Below, in pieces: positions 14,666 to 28,010 of a stretch of DNA of 64,000 bases. This DNA comes from Octopus vulgaris (Eukaryota): the NCBI GenBank assembly GCA_951406725.2, contig OX597827.1:6758001-6822000 (forward strand), in the 5' to 3' direction. The notes under the pieces are model-generated. The model was given only the letters and a program-made list of their open reading frames with translations. It searched no databases and was not told where the DNA came from. Position 1 is the stretch's first letter, and each line of letters starts with the position of its first letter. The position numbers were made by a program, and so were the translations under genes.

Positions 14666-14759
<94 letters not shown>

Positions 14760-14765
14760 CACATA

Positions 14766-14807
<42 letters not shown>

Positions 14808-14959
14808 TATATATATATATACACATATATATATATATATATGCTATTTATATTATACATACATGCATGTATGTTCATATGTTTTCATATATGCATGACT
14901 ATATTTATATGTATGTATATATGTATGCATGTCATATTTCAAGATTTCTAGCCTGTAGA

Positions 14960-15008
14960 GAAAGAGCTGGTTTCTAACCTAGATTCAAGGCTCCTTCATT
15001 GGAATTTC
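14960..15008 (-). ncRNA. Variant hammerhead-like motif (CCAATGA core)
   Basis: Minus strand GAAA-tt CCAATGA agg AGCCT tgaatct AGGTT a GAAA CCAGC TC TTTC. Confidence 0.35.
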
Positions 15009-15032
15009 AAACTCAACAACATGGTATGTATG

Positions 15033-15066
<34 letters not shown>

Positions 15067-15142
15067 TGTATGTATGTATGTATGTATGTATGTATGTATG
15101 TATGTATGTATGTATGTATGTATGTATGTATGTATGTATGTA

Positions 15143-15320
15143 TGGATATATATTTTTCTCTCCTTGTTCCTCTCTTTGATTTTTTCTGTGTCCCTTTCTG
15201 TAGAAGAGCATAGACTCGAAACATAAAAGACTTTTTCTATTCCTGAGCGTTATACTAATACATCTGTTTGTTTTGTACACCACCTGTCTTCGTCTTTTGT
15301 TTTTTTCATAAACTCTCCCT
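15143..15320 (+). mobile_element. Short Penelope-like pLTR with decayed hammerhead at 15194-15229
   Basis: CTTT CTGTAGA a GAG cataga CTC GAAA CA TA AAAG; flanked by (TATG)n; related to 18363-18650 and 60787-60873. Confidence 0.6.
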
Positions 15321-15703
15321 ATGTATGTATGTATGTATGTTTGTATGGACCAACTAGTACTGGACCTACATTGGGTGCCAGAGCACCAACTATACCCTGT
15401 GACATACACGGCATTAAGAGGGGCATCCAACTGCAGAAACCATGCTGAAACAAACATTCAACTTTAGCATAGTCCTCTGGCTCAACAATTTCTATCAAGC
15501 CATCAAACCCATGCTGACATGAAAAATAGATTCTAAACAATGGTAATGATGATAGGATTGCTTGGAAGGCAAGTGGGTAAAAAGTTAACTTTGCCTTCCT
15601 GAGGTTTGATCTCATTGTGAGAAATTTTGGGCAAGTGCTTTTACCATGGCTTTGTGAATAAAACTTGATAGACAGAAACTGCGTGGAAGCCTCTCAGATT
15701 GAC

Positions 15704-15990
15704 TCATCATCATCATCGTCATCGTTTAACGTCCGCTTTCCATGCTAGCATGGGTGGGACGATTTTGACTGAGGGCTGGCGAACCAGGTGGTTGCACCAG
15801 GCTCCAATCTTGATTTGGCAGAGTTTCTACAGCTGGATGCCCTTCCTAACGCCAACCACTCTGAGAGTGTAGTGGGTGCTTTTTACGTGCCACCGGCATG
15901 GGGGCCAGTCAGGCGGTACTGGCAATGACCTCGCTCAAATCTGTTTATACATGCCACCGGCACAGGTGCCAGTAAGGCAATGTTACCAGT
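15704..15990 (-). mobile_element. Repeat family C copy
   Basis: Same tail as 11195; (ATC)n at left end. Confidence 0.85.
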
Positions 15991-16192
15991 AAGGCGAAGG
16001 TGCCAGTATGTAATTTAATATTTTGTCCCATATTGTGTCACATGGATTCGACTTGAGATCTGCATTTAGAATGGCCACACCTGAAGAATACTCAGTCACT
16101 TGCACAGCAAATAAAGGAACCGGTTGTTCTTCTGAGCAAACAACTGAAAGCTCATCATTGAGACGAAAGAGAAATCTATCATATACGCAAAT

Positions 16193-16600
16193 ATGCGCAG
16201 GAGTGGCTGTGTGGTAAGTAGCTTGCTAACCAACCACATGGTTCTGGGTTCAGTCCCACTGCATGGCATCTTGGGCAAGTGTCTTCTGCTATAGCCCCGG
16301 GCCGACCAATGCCTTGTGAGTGGATTTGGTAGAAAGAAACTGAAAGAAGCCTGTCGTATATATGTATATGTATGTGTGTGTGTGTGTTTGTGTGTCTGTG
16401 TTTGTCTCCCTAGCATTGCTTGACAACCGATGCTGGTGTGTTTATGTCCCCGTCACTTTAGCGGTTCAGGCAAAAGAGACCGATAGAATAAGTACTAGGC
16501 TTACAAAGAATAAGTCCCGGGGTCAATTTGCCCGACTAAAGGCAGTGCTCCAGCATGGCTGCAGTCAAATGACTGAAATAAGTAAAAGAGTAAAAGAGAG
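16193..16600 (+). mobile_element. SINE family A, full length
   Basis: A box GTGGCTGTGTGG, B-box-like GGTTCAGTCC, CORE-like CTTGGGCAAGTG, tail (GTAAAAGA)n. Confidence 0.92.
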
Positions 16601-17031
16601 CACTTTTTTGGTTTATTAAATTATACTTATTTTTATTATTTCATCATATAATAGATGATAGTAGTAGTAGTAGTAGTAGTAGTTGTTGTCTTGACACAAA
16701 ACGCTGTTTCTTAATTGTCTATTTTTATTCATTCAATCAGGTGACGCGATTCTATCATGTGACATTTTCTTATTCTTACATGATTTATGATTTAGCTAAT
16801 GGCTATTCATCCAGTCGTGTGACACTTTATTGACTCCGTGTCATGTGACATCTTTCACGCATTGATTCATATTATGGATTCATTCTTTTTCACCTTGCGG
16901 GGCCCCCCTTTTTTTTTTAAACCCAGTCTTATTCATTTACATCATGAACAATTTGAAAATACAGTCTACCATTTTACATTTCATTTCGGAATTATTGCAA
17001 TATTTTTTTGCTCATTAATAAAATCATTATC

Positions 17032-17197
17032 AGGCGTAGGAGTGGCTGTGTGGTAAGTAGCTTGCTAACCAACCACATGGTTCCGGGTTCAGTCCCACTG
17101 TGTGGCACCTTGGGCAAGTGTCTTCTACTATAGCCTCGGGCCAACCAAAGCCTTGTGAGTGGATTTGGTAGACGGAAACTGAAAGAAGCCCGTCGTA

Positions 17198-17245
<48 letters not shown>

Positions 17246-17353
17246 TGTGTATGTGTGTGTCTGCCTTTGTCCCCCTAGCATTGCTTGACAACCGATGCTG
17301 GTGTGTTTATGTCCCCGTTACTTAGCGGTTCGGCAAAAGAGACGATAGAATAA
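17032..17353 (+). mobile_element. SINE family A, 3' truncated
   Basis: Matches 16193-16490. Confidence 0.9.
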
Positions 17354-17383
17354 GGCTTTTTAAAATGGAGAGAGAAATTCAAA

Positions 17384-17453
17384 GGACTGCTTTGGTCTAA
17401 TGGTAGAATGTCTGCCATGCTTACGGATATGGGTTTTAGTCCCATGGACAGCC
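17384..17453 (+). pseudogene. tRNA-like relic or orphan SINE head
   Basis: TGGTCTAATGG A box and GGTTTTAGTCC B-box-like motif at tRNA spacing; cloverleaf imperfect. Confidence 0.3.
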
Positions 17454-18129
17454 TTCAGCTCTTTTGTTTTTTAAGCTAATATTTAAATGTTATTTAAATA
17501 TACGCATACATACACGCACACACACATACACACACACACATACACACATGCATGCACACACACACACAAGAATGCACATATACCTAACTCACAACCCCCC
17601 ACCCCCACACACATGCACACATACACATTCACATACACATGCACATACACACATACCTGCACACATACACATACACACACATATACTTCCAAAATACACA
17701 CACACAATTACACATACACACACACGGATGCACACACACATGGGAACACACATATACCTTCACACACACACACAACCCCACGTGCACACACATACACACA
17801 TGCACATACACACACACAGAGATGCACACACGCACACCACACACAAAACACCTACACACACAAACATATATATACGCGCACTCACAGACACATGCACACA
17901 CACACACATATACATACTTCAAACTGCCAGTCAAACTCCTTTCTACTGACCATTCCTCTATGTACTTGTGAAGAAACACACATCTACACAAAAGACCACC
18001 ACTCCTGTTGCCATGCTGCTGAATTCTTTCTACAACATCAATAAACACAAAGTTCACTCACACACATATAAACAGCCAACAGCACACACACACTGTGCAC
18101 ACGCACATACCTACACATACACACAGATA

Positions 18130-18362
18130 CCTATTTCTTTACTACCCACAAGGGGCTAAACACAGAGGGGACAAACAAGGACAGACAAACGGATTAAGTC
18201 GATTACATCGACCCCAGTGCGTAACTGGTGCTTAATTTATCGACCCCAAAAGGATGAAAGGCAAAGTCGACTTCGGCGGAATTTGAACTCAGAACGTAGT
18301 GGCAGACGAAATACAGCTACGCATTTCGCCCGGCGTGCTAACCGTTCTGCCAGCTCGCCGCT
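18130..18362 (-). mobile_element. tRNA-derived SINE family B, full length
   Basis: Minus strand GGCGAGCTGGCAGAA...GAGTTCAAATTCC...GCCTTTCATCCTTT.GGGGTCGATAAA...GTGGGTAGTAAAGAAATAGGT; more than 15 copies in window. Confidence 0.9.
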
Positions 18363-18650
18363 CCTTCTCTTACACTCTCCTATCTTAGAAAGAACTTTTT
18401 CTTCACCCATTCCCTCTTGGTCATTTCAAAATGTAAGTACATGGGGTTCCTTGGCAATTCTTTTTACTCCATCTTCCCTTTCTCTTGAACTTTTCTGTGT
18501 CTTCTGTTTCTGAAGAAGAGCTTTGCTCAAAACATAAAACTCTTTTTCTTTCCTTCCCTGAGCATCTTTCAATATTTTGCATGTACCACGCCCTTGCATT
18601 GTTGTTTTTCTTCGTTTTTTTTTTTTTGGTGGGGTGGGCATTAACTACAT
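18363..18650 (+). mobile_element. Penelope-like pLTR with hammerhead (G12 mutated) at 18506-18540
   Basis: GTTT CTGAAGA a GAGC ttt GCTC AAAA CA TA AAAC. Confidence 0.62.
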
Positions 18651-18720
18651 AAATATATTTTCATAATGAGATAAAAAAAAAACAACAGTGTGTAGATTTT
18701 AGAACATTTATAGATAGAAG

Positions 18721-18772
18721 GTCTTACAGCTGTTTCCAGGATATTTGTTAATTATATCCCTTCATCAGAGAC
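18721..18772 (-). ncRNA. Type I minimal hammerhead ribozyme
   Basis: GTCT CTGATGA a GGGATAT aattaacaa ATATCCT g GAAA CAGCTG TA AGAC: stem I GTCT/AGAC, palindromic stem III, GUA cleavage triplet. Confidence 0.82.
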
Positions 18773-18859
18773 GGTGTGAGAGGATGGTTAAGTAATAATT
18801 AATTTAGATAGGATACGAAATAGAGAGTGAGGTGGAGGAAATAAAAGAAAATAGATATG

Positions 18860-19020
18860 AGATATGTAGGGATATTGCATTTGTGGATCCATTTTGTTTT
18901 TAGGCAGAATGGTATACATATAAGATTCCAATACCTTATGAGTAAAATCCAATAGAATTTAAAATTGGTCTTTCCAAGTATAGAGCTTATACACAGTGTT
19001 ATTGAATCCAGGTTGTGTTT
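18860..19020 (-). pseudogene. Possible Penelope GIY-YIG endonuclease C-terminal relic
   Basis: SILGKTN / KVLESYMY..LPKNKMD in two frames immediately upstream of the hammerhead; resemblance judged by eye. Confidence 0.35.
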
Positions 19021-19225
19021 AACATATATATATATATACATATATATATATATGTGTGTGTGTGTGTATATACATATATATATAATAATATTAGGGAGTA
19101 TAACTCCAAACTTACAGGGAAAAATACAATTTAGTATTAAATCAAATTTCACAGTATAAATATATAAAATATAAATTAGAGATAAAACCACTATTATGCA
19201 ACTCAATAAATAATCCAGAATCTTT

Positions 19226-19402
19226 ATCATCATCGTTTAACGTCCGCTTTCCATGCTAGCATGGGTTGGACAGTTTAACTGGGGTCTGAGAAGCCAGAAG
19301 GCTGCTCCAGGTTTCAGTCTGATCTGGCAGTGTTTCTACAGCTGGATGCCCTTCCTAACGCCAACCACTCCGTGAGTGTAGTGGGTGCTTTTTACATGCC
19401 AC
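19226..19402 (-). mobile_element. Repeat family C copy (5' truncated)
   Basis: Same tail as 11195. Confidence 0.85.
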
Positions 19403-20045
19403 ATATACATACATACACACACATATATACATGATGGATTAGCTGGCCAAAAGTTTGAAGTCACTGTCAACAACATACTTGTAAATGAATAATAAATTTG
19501 TACCCTACAAAAGTATAGAATAACCTATCAGATTAATGTAAAATGGCTTTATTGTAACTGAACATAAAAACAAACATAGATAGAGATAGACACATATATA
19601 CACATACATAGCCACACACATACATGCATGTACATGTATGTATAGGGATGTATACAATATTTTCTTAAGTGAATATAATACAACCTCTAACAAAGTGATA
19701 TCAGTTTTTGTACCCCAAAATCAGAAATAAATTTCATTCCCTTATCTTTTCATGTTTACTTTTGAATATAATGTTATTTCACCGAACTTCCACCCCGATC
19801 TTTTGTATTCAATCTCTAGCTCTATACACAAATAAGTATGATGTGGGTGCGTGTGTGTTTGTCCCCAACCATCACTTAACAGCCAGTCTTGTTTATGTCC
19901 CTATAACTTAGTTGTTCAGCAAAAGAGACCAATAGAATAAGGGGTCAGTTGTTCAACTTGGGGTTAATTTGGTCTACTAAAAAGCCTTTAAGGTGGGGCT
20001 CCAGCAAGGCCACAGTCCAATGACAGAAATATATATATATATATA

Positions 20046-20254
20046 AACCATGATGCAGCACGGAATTTTGTCAGTGAGCAGGTCGCGGTCTCAAAGCCAC
20101 GAAAATATTTTGACAAATTAATTTTAAATGTTGAAGTGAATCTAACGGTTTTTGTGTGTTTCTTAAATGGCTTATAAACACCCTCCATACTGCAATTGTT
20201 TTCGTTCCAGCACACGATCTCAGATCAGGTCACTTGCTATGCAAGTACATCTCC

Positions 20255-20256
<2 letters not shown>
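20046..20256 (+). mobile_element. Short (TA)n-embedded element with hammerhead-topology motif at 20068-20116
   Basis: TTGTCA gtgagcaggtc GCGGTCTCAAAGCCAC GAAA ATAT TT TGACAA; core non-canonical. Confidence 0.4.
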
Positions 20257-20303
<47 letters not shown>

Positions 20304-20907
20304 TTACATACACCACACACTCTTACATGCAACTTCTTAATTTTTGTGTTTAAAATATATTTAGAAACATTATTTCAGCGATTCAGAAATGTACATACTT
20401 TAAATAATTATCTTCCTGAGTCATATGTACTTGTTACATTAAGAACATATAGTTATTATCTTAGAAAATGGTCCAGATATGATAGTAGACGTGATTCTGC
20501 TGGAATTAACATATCAAAAAAAAAAAAAATGCATTCAGTTGTATTTGATTTCTGAACAAATACACTACCATTAAATATATTTATCTTGCTAGTATTGAGT
20601 TAAGCAAAGCAGAAGGACTTAAGCATACATATGTATCATATAACAAACATGTTAATAATATGGCTTTTATTGTTGAATCTTTGAGTCCAGAATCTATTTT
20701 CTTTCTTCATTTTCTTTCTCTTTTTTTTTTCTTGCTTTGTTTCTTTTATTAAGGGTCTAAAAGAGGTTTCAATAAGAATAAAATTTTATCTTTTGGCAGC
20801 TTTTTAAAATTTATCTACCTTTAAAAACTTACTTCAGTTGTTTAATCAAGTGGACTACCGATTCATGTGTAAGTTGGTGGGTGAGAATTCTATAAACATA
20901 TATATAT

Positions 20908-21140
20908 ATTTCTTTACTACCCACAAGGGGCTAAACACAGAGGGGACAAACAAGGACAGACAAAGGGATTAAGTCGATTACATAGACCCCAGTGCTTAAC
21001 TGGTACTTTATTTATCGACCCCGAAAGGATGAAAGGCAAAGTCAACCTCGGCGGAATTTGAACTCGGAACGTAACGACAGACGAAATACGGCTACGAATT
21101 TCGCCCGGCGTGCTAACGTTTCTGCCAGCTCGCCGCCTTT
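20908..21140 (-). mobile_element. SINE family B with target-site duplication
   Basis: Full copy flanked by TTCTATAAACATATATA on both sides. Confidence 0.92.
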
Positions 21141-21409
21141 CTATAAACATATATAACCTCAACTCTTACTCCACAGGAACCAAATGTGCTTAATTCTGTG
21201 CACATGTACTTGAGACACAAAAACGTGAGTTAACTCGTTTGTGATAGCGGGGTACTCTCAGGAATTTTTCATAATTCATAAGCTGTAGTACATACATTAT
21301 ATTTTTCCCAGCTAAGAGAAAAAGGTTGCAAGATGTGATGCTGCATATGATTATCAAGTTACATCTACACATTAGAACGCAAAAATTTAATCAGTGCAAT
21401 GAGGGTTAA

Positions 21410-21630
21410 CCCTTTTGTTACTGTATTTATTTTGAGATGCTCTGTGTTTCTTTCAATTACTTTAAATATAACAAAGAATCTAGTAAAATAACTTGGTTAT
21501 CATTCAGCTAGTGTTAGGAACATAAATTGTGACTAAGGTTTGGTGGAAGATTTTAATTCAAAACTTATGAAAACAAGACATTTGTACTACAGAGCCAGAG
21601 CTGGTTTCAGCCGGGTTAGTAACAAAAGGG
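21410..21630 (+). mobile_element. piggyBac-type MITE
   Basis: TTAA|CCCTTTTGTTACT ... AGTAACAAAAGGG|TTAA: perfect 13 bp TIR, TTAA TSD. Confidence 0.9.
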
Positions 21631-21979
21631 TTAATGTAACTCTGAGGTAGAATTAGCATGACGTTCTGTGTAACAAAGCCGTCTCTTTTGAATTGCGTGT
21701 ACAATTCCTCTGACAGCTTTCCAAAAAGTATTTTTCTACCCAGTCCTACTCCCAATGAGTAAATCAACTGGAGGCTATATTGAAGGACATTGATTTGCTC
21801 ACGATGTTACATAATGGAATCAAAACAGGACCGTGTGATTGGAAAATGTATTTTGCAACCACTCAGTCATACCTGCAACCAGGGTTACCATAGAAGAATT
21901 ACAAACCCATAAGCAAAGAAATGCACGAGGTCCTGTTACTTACTTACATAAACCCTCTGTTTCCTATGAAGCAGAACGG

Positions 21980-22240
21980 ATAAAGTTAAAGACCCCCCTT
22001 CTGTCATGCATGACCATGGGATTGCATCTCGAAAGTTCCCTTCCAAATCCCAAAGTCAGGGCAAGGTGGTTTATAGAAGACTAGCAGTCGCTCATGCATA
22101 CCAGCCTCCACTCTCCATGCCACCGGTGTTATCCAAGGGAAAGGCAAAGGGGCCGATACAGCATGGCACCAGTGACATATCAACTCATTTCTACAACCTG
22201 AAATAGTATCTTGCTCAAGAACACAACACCCAGCCCCCAT
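21980..22240 (-). mobile_element. SINE-like element (family E), 5' truncated
   Basis: Minus strand CORE-like TTGTGTTCTTGAGCAAGATAC, GC-richer body, tail GGGGGTCTTTAACTTT. Confidence 0.55.
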
Positions 22241-23115
22241 CTATGAATCTAAGCAGAACATCAATAACTTCTCTCCACAGTTCTCAACACTAAGATGTTT
22301 CCTTGATTAAAGGCTTTGTCCTGTCAGGTCTTGTTAGTTTTGAATTGTTGTCAAGGATTCTGTAACTTTGCCTTATTCTAGGAATAGGTCTTGTCCCTAA
22401 AACAAATTCATTTTTATCTCTGGGAAGAGATGGTCCATCTTAGTCTGGCTTCAATCCTTTGAACTGTTGAACATGGGAGGTCCTACCATCTGTTTGCTGG
22501 TATAGCTTCCAGGGTCACTGAGGTACACAAGGTACCACACTACAAGGACAGTGTCTGGTAGTGGATGAGAGCATATAGCATTTATTTATTGTTAGCAAGG
22601 CACAGATTACAAAGATTAGCATTGGATCCATAGGCTGCACAGTTATCTGCTCAGTGTGTGTGTGTGTGCTTGCCTTATGATAGCACTGTTCTAACTGCCC
22701 TACACTCACCTCTGTATAGATATCAATATTTACAACTTAGAATTGAGAAAAACCTCAAATGCGATACACACACATGTACACATACAAAGCTAGGATGAAA
22801 TACATCAACATATGCAATATAATGTACATATATAGAAAGAGTTATTGAATTAGCTTCATCTCTATAAAAACAAAATATATGGATACTTGCATTAAAACAC
22901 TCCCAAAATACACATTTGTTTAAGCAGCCATGCACACATAAAAAGATAGATACCAGCAGAAAGCCTCATATAGTCAATAACATTGCATTAATTTAAACAT
23001 AAATGTATATGTATATCTATGCATGTATGTATGCATACATATACATAATGCACACAAACACACATATATATACATATAATCATATATATATATTTATATA
23101 CACACACAGAAACAC

Positions 23116-23284
<169 letters not shown>

Positions 23285-23289
23285 CATAT

Positions 23290-23328
<39 letters not shown>

Positions 23329-23686
23329 CATATGTGTGTGTTTGGGGAGCATAATGTAGTTTTATGATTACACTTAGAGATTGCTATTTACAGACTGTGT
23401 ACATTTCATGCACACTCAGTTCTTGTGGCGCACACATACGTGCACATACACACACAAAAATACACTTTCATGTATTTGCAAAACAAATACATATACTTGT
23501 TCATACAAAAGCGATGTGCATACATATAACGTGCATGCACGGATGCAGTCATACGTCACATACACATCTACATCTCAATACAATCTGAAATATTTAGTAA
23601 TGCATATACAAAAAACAGATAATACCCTCTCACCATAAATACTGTCAAATATATATACACACATGGCTACAGAACACACAGGTACC

Positions 23687-23739
<53 letters not shown>

Positions 23740-23869
23740 ACAGTATTTATATATTCGTGCACATATATGCATTCATACATACAAATGAACAAAAATATAT
23801 GTGCATATAAGCATATATAACCCTACATATACACATAAATGCACACACACACACACATATATATATGTA

Positions 23870-23978
<109 letters not shown>

Positions 23979-23984
23979 CTAGAT

Positions 23985-24057
<73 letters not shown>

Positions 24058-24495
24058 TAGATATATTGATAGATATATATATATATATATATATATATAG
24101 ATAGGTAGATAGATAGATAGACTGATAGATAGATACACGCACACATAAATATGTATGCATATATATGCATATACAATATAGGTATACATACATAAACACA
24201 TTCACTTATACATACCTGCCTAAATCTATGCACACATGCACACATATATACTTGCATGAATGCATAAACACATACATGTATATAACCCATGTCAGTATGG
24301 AAAATGGACATTAAGAGATGATGCTGATGACAATGATGATGATTACGATGATAAAGATGGTGGTGGTGGTGGTGGTGATGATGACATACATTTATATATA
24401 CATACTAGCATGCATATCTGCATATGTATATGCACACATACCCTATCTTAGCCAACACCTCGTTGCTTAAACCACTAAAAGTGTAAAACAATGAC

Positions 24496-24840
24496 CCACT
24501 GCGTGGCACCTTGGGCAAGTGTCTTCTACTATAGCCTTGGGCTGACCAAAGCCTTGTGAGTGGATTTGGTAGACGGAAACTGAAAGAAGCCCATTGTATA
24601 TATGTATGTGTGTAGATGTTTGTGTGTCTGTGTTTGTCCCCCCAACATTGCTTGACAGCCGATGCTGGTGTGTTTACGTCCCTATAACTTAGCAGATCGG
24701 CAAAAGAGACCAATAGAATAAGTACTAGGCTTACAAAGAATAAGTCCTGGGGGGGTTGATTTGCTCGATCGACTAAAGGCGGTGCTCCAGCATGGCCACA
24801 GTCAAATGACTGAAACAAGTAAAAGAGTAAAGAAAGAGTA
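24496..24840 (+). mobile_element. SINE family A, 5' truncated
   Basis: Family match. Confidence 0.88.
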
Positions 24841-25227
24841 TGCTCAAACAGCACTTACATGAACACACTATGAAAATAGGCTCACACATACATACATATG
24901 CATGCTTACTCACACACTCACACACACACACACATTCACATACACACAATGATAAATAGGTACACAAAGTCACACATACAATGTATATGCATGAATGCCT
25001 TCTCCTCTCGCACACCACTTATATCCCTTTTGACACTCAGACAGACAATGCAGACATTAAAGTCAGTGGTTGTTTGTGTATCCTTGAAGACAAAAATCTG
25101 CTGAGAAAATGTCAAACTCCTTTGAATTGCTGCTGTTATCATTATCATTGGTGTCATTATCATTATTATTGTTATTGTTATTGTTGTTGTTGTCATCATT
25201 ATTATGGTTTCTTTTGTATTTGTTGCT

Positions 25228-25832
25228 GTAGCGGTCATTATTAAGTTATTATTGTTTTCAGTCGTGTTTGTTTGTCCATGGACAAGATATCTCAAGAACT
25301 GCTGGATGGACTTGGATGAAACTTTTAGGGGTGTTTGGCCTTGTGACTGGCATAAACTGATTAGATTTTGGGGTTGATCTGCTGCCAGACAAGAATTCTG
25401 GATTATTTTTCCTATTTTTTCACTTAATTTTTGAGAGTGGTCTGGTCCGTTTTTAGTATTCTCATTTGTTAGAGCAGTCAAGTTTGTTATTATTGATATT
25501 ATTATTGTTGATGTCATCATTATTATGGTTGCTGTTGTAGTTTTTGTTGTAGCGGTCATTATTATTATGTTATTGTTTTCAGTCATGTTAGTTTGTCTGT
25601 GGTCAAGATATCTCAAGAACTACTGGATGGAGTTGGATGAAACTTTCAGGGATGTTTGGCCTCATGACTGGCATAAACTGATTAGATTTGGGGGGTTGAT
25701 TCGATGCCAGACAAGAATTCTGGATTATTTTTCCTGTTTTTTCACTTAATTTTTGAGAGTGGTCAGGTCCGTGTTTAGTATTCTCGTTTGTGAGAGCAGT
25801 CGAGTTTGTTATTATTGATATTACTATTATTG
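25228..25832 (+). mobile_element. Two tandem copies (~320 bp period) of a Helentron/DINE-like non-autonomous element
   Basis: Direct repeat GTTTTCAGTC.TGTT.GTTTGTC..TGG.CAAGATATCTCAAGAAC..CTGGATGGA.TTGGATGAAACTTT...; motif style of DINE-1/HINE elements. Confidence 0.6.
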
Positions 25833-26219
25833 ATGTATATATACACACACACAAAATATGTGACAGGCTTTCACATATTTTCCCTCTACTAAATTCACTC
25901 ATAAGATTTTAGTCAGCCCAGAGCCAGGGTATTAGACACTTGCCCAAGGTGTCACACAGTCAGACTGAACCCAAAACTACATGTTTTGCAATGTGAAGTT
26001 CTTCACCACACAGCCGTGCCTGCACCTATTCATTATAATTTTTGTTGTTGTTCTTGTAGTTGTTGCTGGTGTCATTATCATAGCTATTGTCTGTTCTGAG
26101 TTCAAATTCTGCTGTGGTTGATTTTTGCCTTTTTATCTTTTTGGGGTCGATAAAGCAAGTATCAGATGAACACTGGTGTTGATGTTATCAACTTAAACTT
26201 CCTTTTAACTCGTTGGTCT

Positions 26220-26450
26220 TGCGAGCTGGCAGAAACATTAGCACGCCAGGCAAAATGCTTTGCGGTATTTCATCTGCTGTTACGTTCTGAGTTCAAATTC
26301 CACCGAGGTCAACTTTGCCTTTCATCCTTTCAGGGTCGATTAAATAAGTACCAGTTACGCACTGGGGTCGATATAATCGACTTAATCCGTTCGTCTATCC
26401 TTGTTTGTCCTCTCTGCGTTTAGCCCTTTGTGGGTAGTAAAAAAATAGGT
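26220..26450 (+). mobile_element. SINE family B
   Basis: Family match; older partial copy just upstream at 26090-26200. Confidence 0.88.
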
Positions 26451-27619
26451 CTTGTACCAAAATTTGAAACCACTATTATAGCTGTTGCATTTGTTGCCAT
26501 TGTTGTTGTTGATGTTGTTGTAATCATTGGTTTTGAGGTTGTTTTTTTCCCTCTTGACGTCATCTCATAGTTATTATAGTTCCTTTTGTTTTGTTTTTTT
26601 TACCCCTCCCCTCTTCCATCAGCCTCCTCCATTTAACAGAGATGTTTCAGATTGGGGCCACCAAACAGAGAAATGTCACAACTTATGTCAACAAAGGAGG
26701 AATTAATTGTGGTAATTACTGGTAAGATTTACTCTGTGTGTTTGTGTATGTGTGTGTGTGTTTGTGTGTATAACTGTATTTTTATGTGTATTTGTGTGTG
26801 TGTGTGTGTGTGAGTGTGTGAATATCTGGGTGAGTGTGTGTGTTTGTATTTACATATATAGTTGTGAGTGTGTGTTAATGTGTGTATGTGTGTTTGCATG
26901 TGTATGAGTACTTGTTAATGTCAGTGAGTATCCGTGTATGTGTATGTGTGTATATGTATGTGTGTGAGTATGCTCATTTGTGCATGTGACCTGGCTTCTT
27001 TGTGTGTATGTGTGCGTATGTGTGTATTTGTGTGTGGTGGGGTATGCAAGTACTTGTGTTTTGTGTGAATGTGTGTGTGTGTGTGAGAGTGTGTGTGTGT
27101 ACAAGTACATTTTTTTTGTGGTTCGTGTGAAATTTTTGTCCTTGAATGTGTATTTGTGCGTATGTGTGTATGAGTATGTATGTGTGTGCATGTGTGTGTG
27201 CGTATGTGTATGTATGTACATAGTATGTTGCGCCAGTGTATACGTATCTGTGTGTGAGTACATACATTTATGTGTGTGAACTTTTGTGTATTTGCATGTG
27301 TATGTAAGTGAATGTGCTTTTATATGTGTGTATAAGTAGATATGTTAGCACGTATATTTGCATATGTATGAATGTATGAATGTATGTATGTATGTATATA
27401 AGTGTATATGTACATGTGTGAGCATCAATGCTTATGTGTGCATTAGTATTTATTTGGGTGTGAGTATACATGTGCAGGTGTGTACTGTTGAGTGTGTATT
27501 TAATATTTGTATTTGTGTGCAAGCATGGTGGTACATACTATATGCATATGCATATATGTGCATGCATTCAAATATGTCTGTACAAGTGAGTCAGGATTTG
27601 TACGTGTCACTGTGTTTCT

Positions 27620-27964
27620 CCTCGTAACTTAGTGGTTTGGCAAAAGAGACCGATAGAATAAGTACTGGGCTTACAAAAGAATAAGTCCTGGGGGGTCGAT
27701 TTGCTCGACTAAAGACGGTGCTCCAGCATGGCCACAGTCAAATGACTGAAACAAGTAAAAGAGTAAAAGAGTAAGAGTATTTATATATATATACACATAG
27801 GCGCAGGAGTGGCTGTGTGGTAAGTAGCTTGCTAGCCAACCACATGGTTCCGGGTTCAGTCCCACTGCGTGGCATCTTGGGCAAGTGTCTTCTGCTATAG
27901 CCCCGGGCCGACCAATGCCTTGTGAGTGGATTTGGTAGACGGAAACTGAAAGAAGCCTGTCGTA

Positions 27965-28010
<46 letters not shown>

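Noticed and set aside
13726-14826. 366 aa ORF with poly-L/poly-P
   Set aside because: Trinucleotide and (TA)n repeats; no domain content
16023-16217. Possible exon (MATPEEYSVTC...) and a CTGAAGA motif
   Set aside because: No recognisable protein, runs into a SINE, and no stem II/GAAA geometry for a hammerhead
24936-25902. 226 aa and 99 aa ORFs with a repeated peptide
   Set aside because: Antisense reading of a tandem non-coding TE plus trinucleotide repeats
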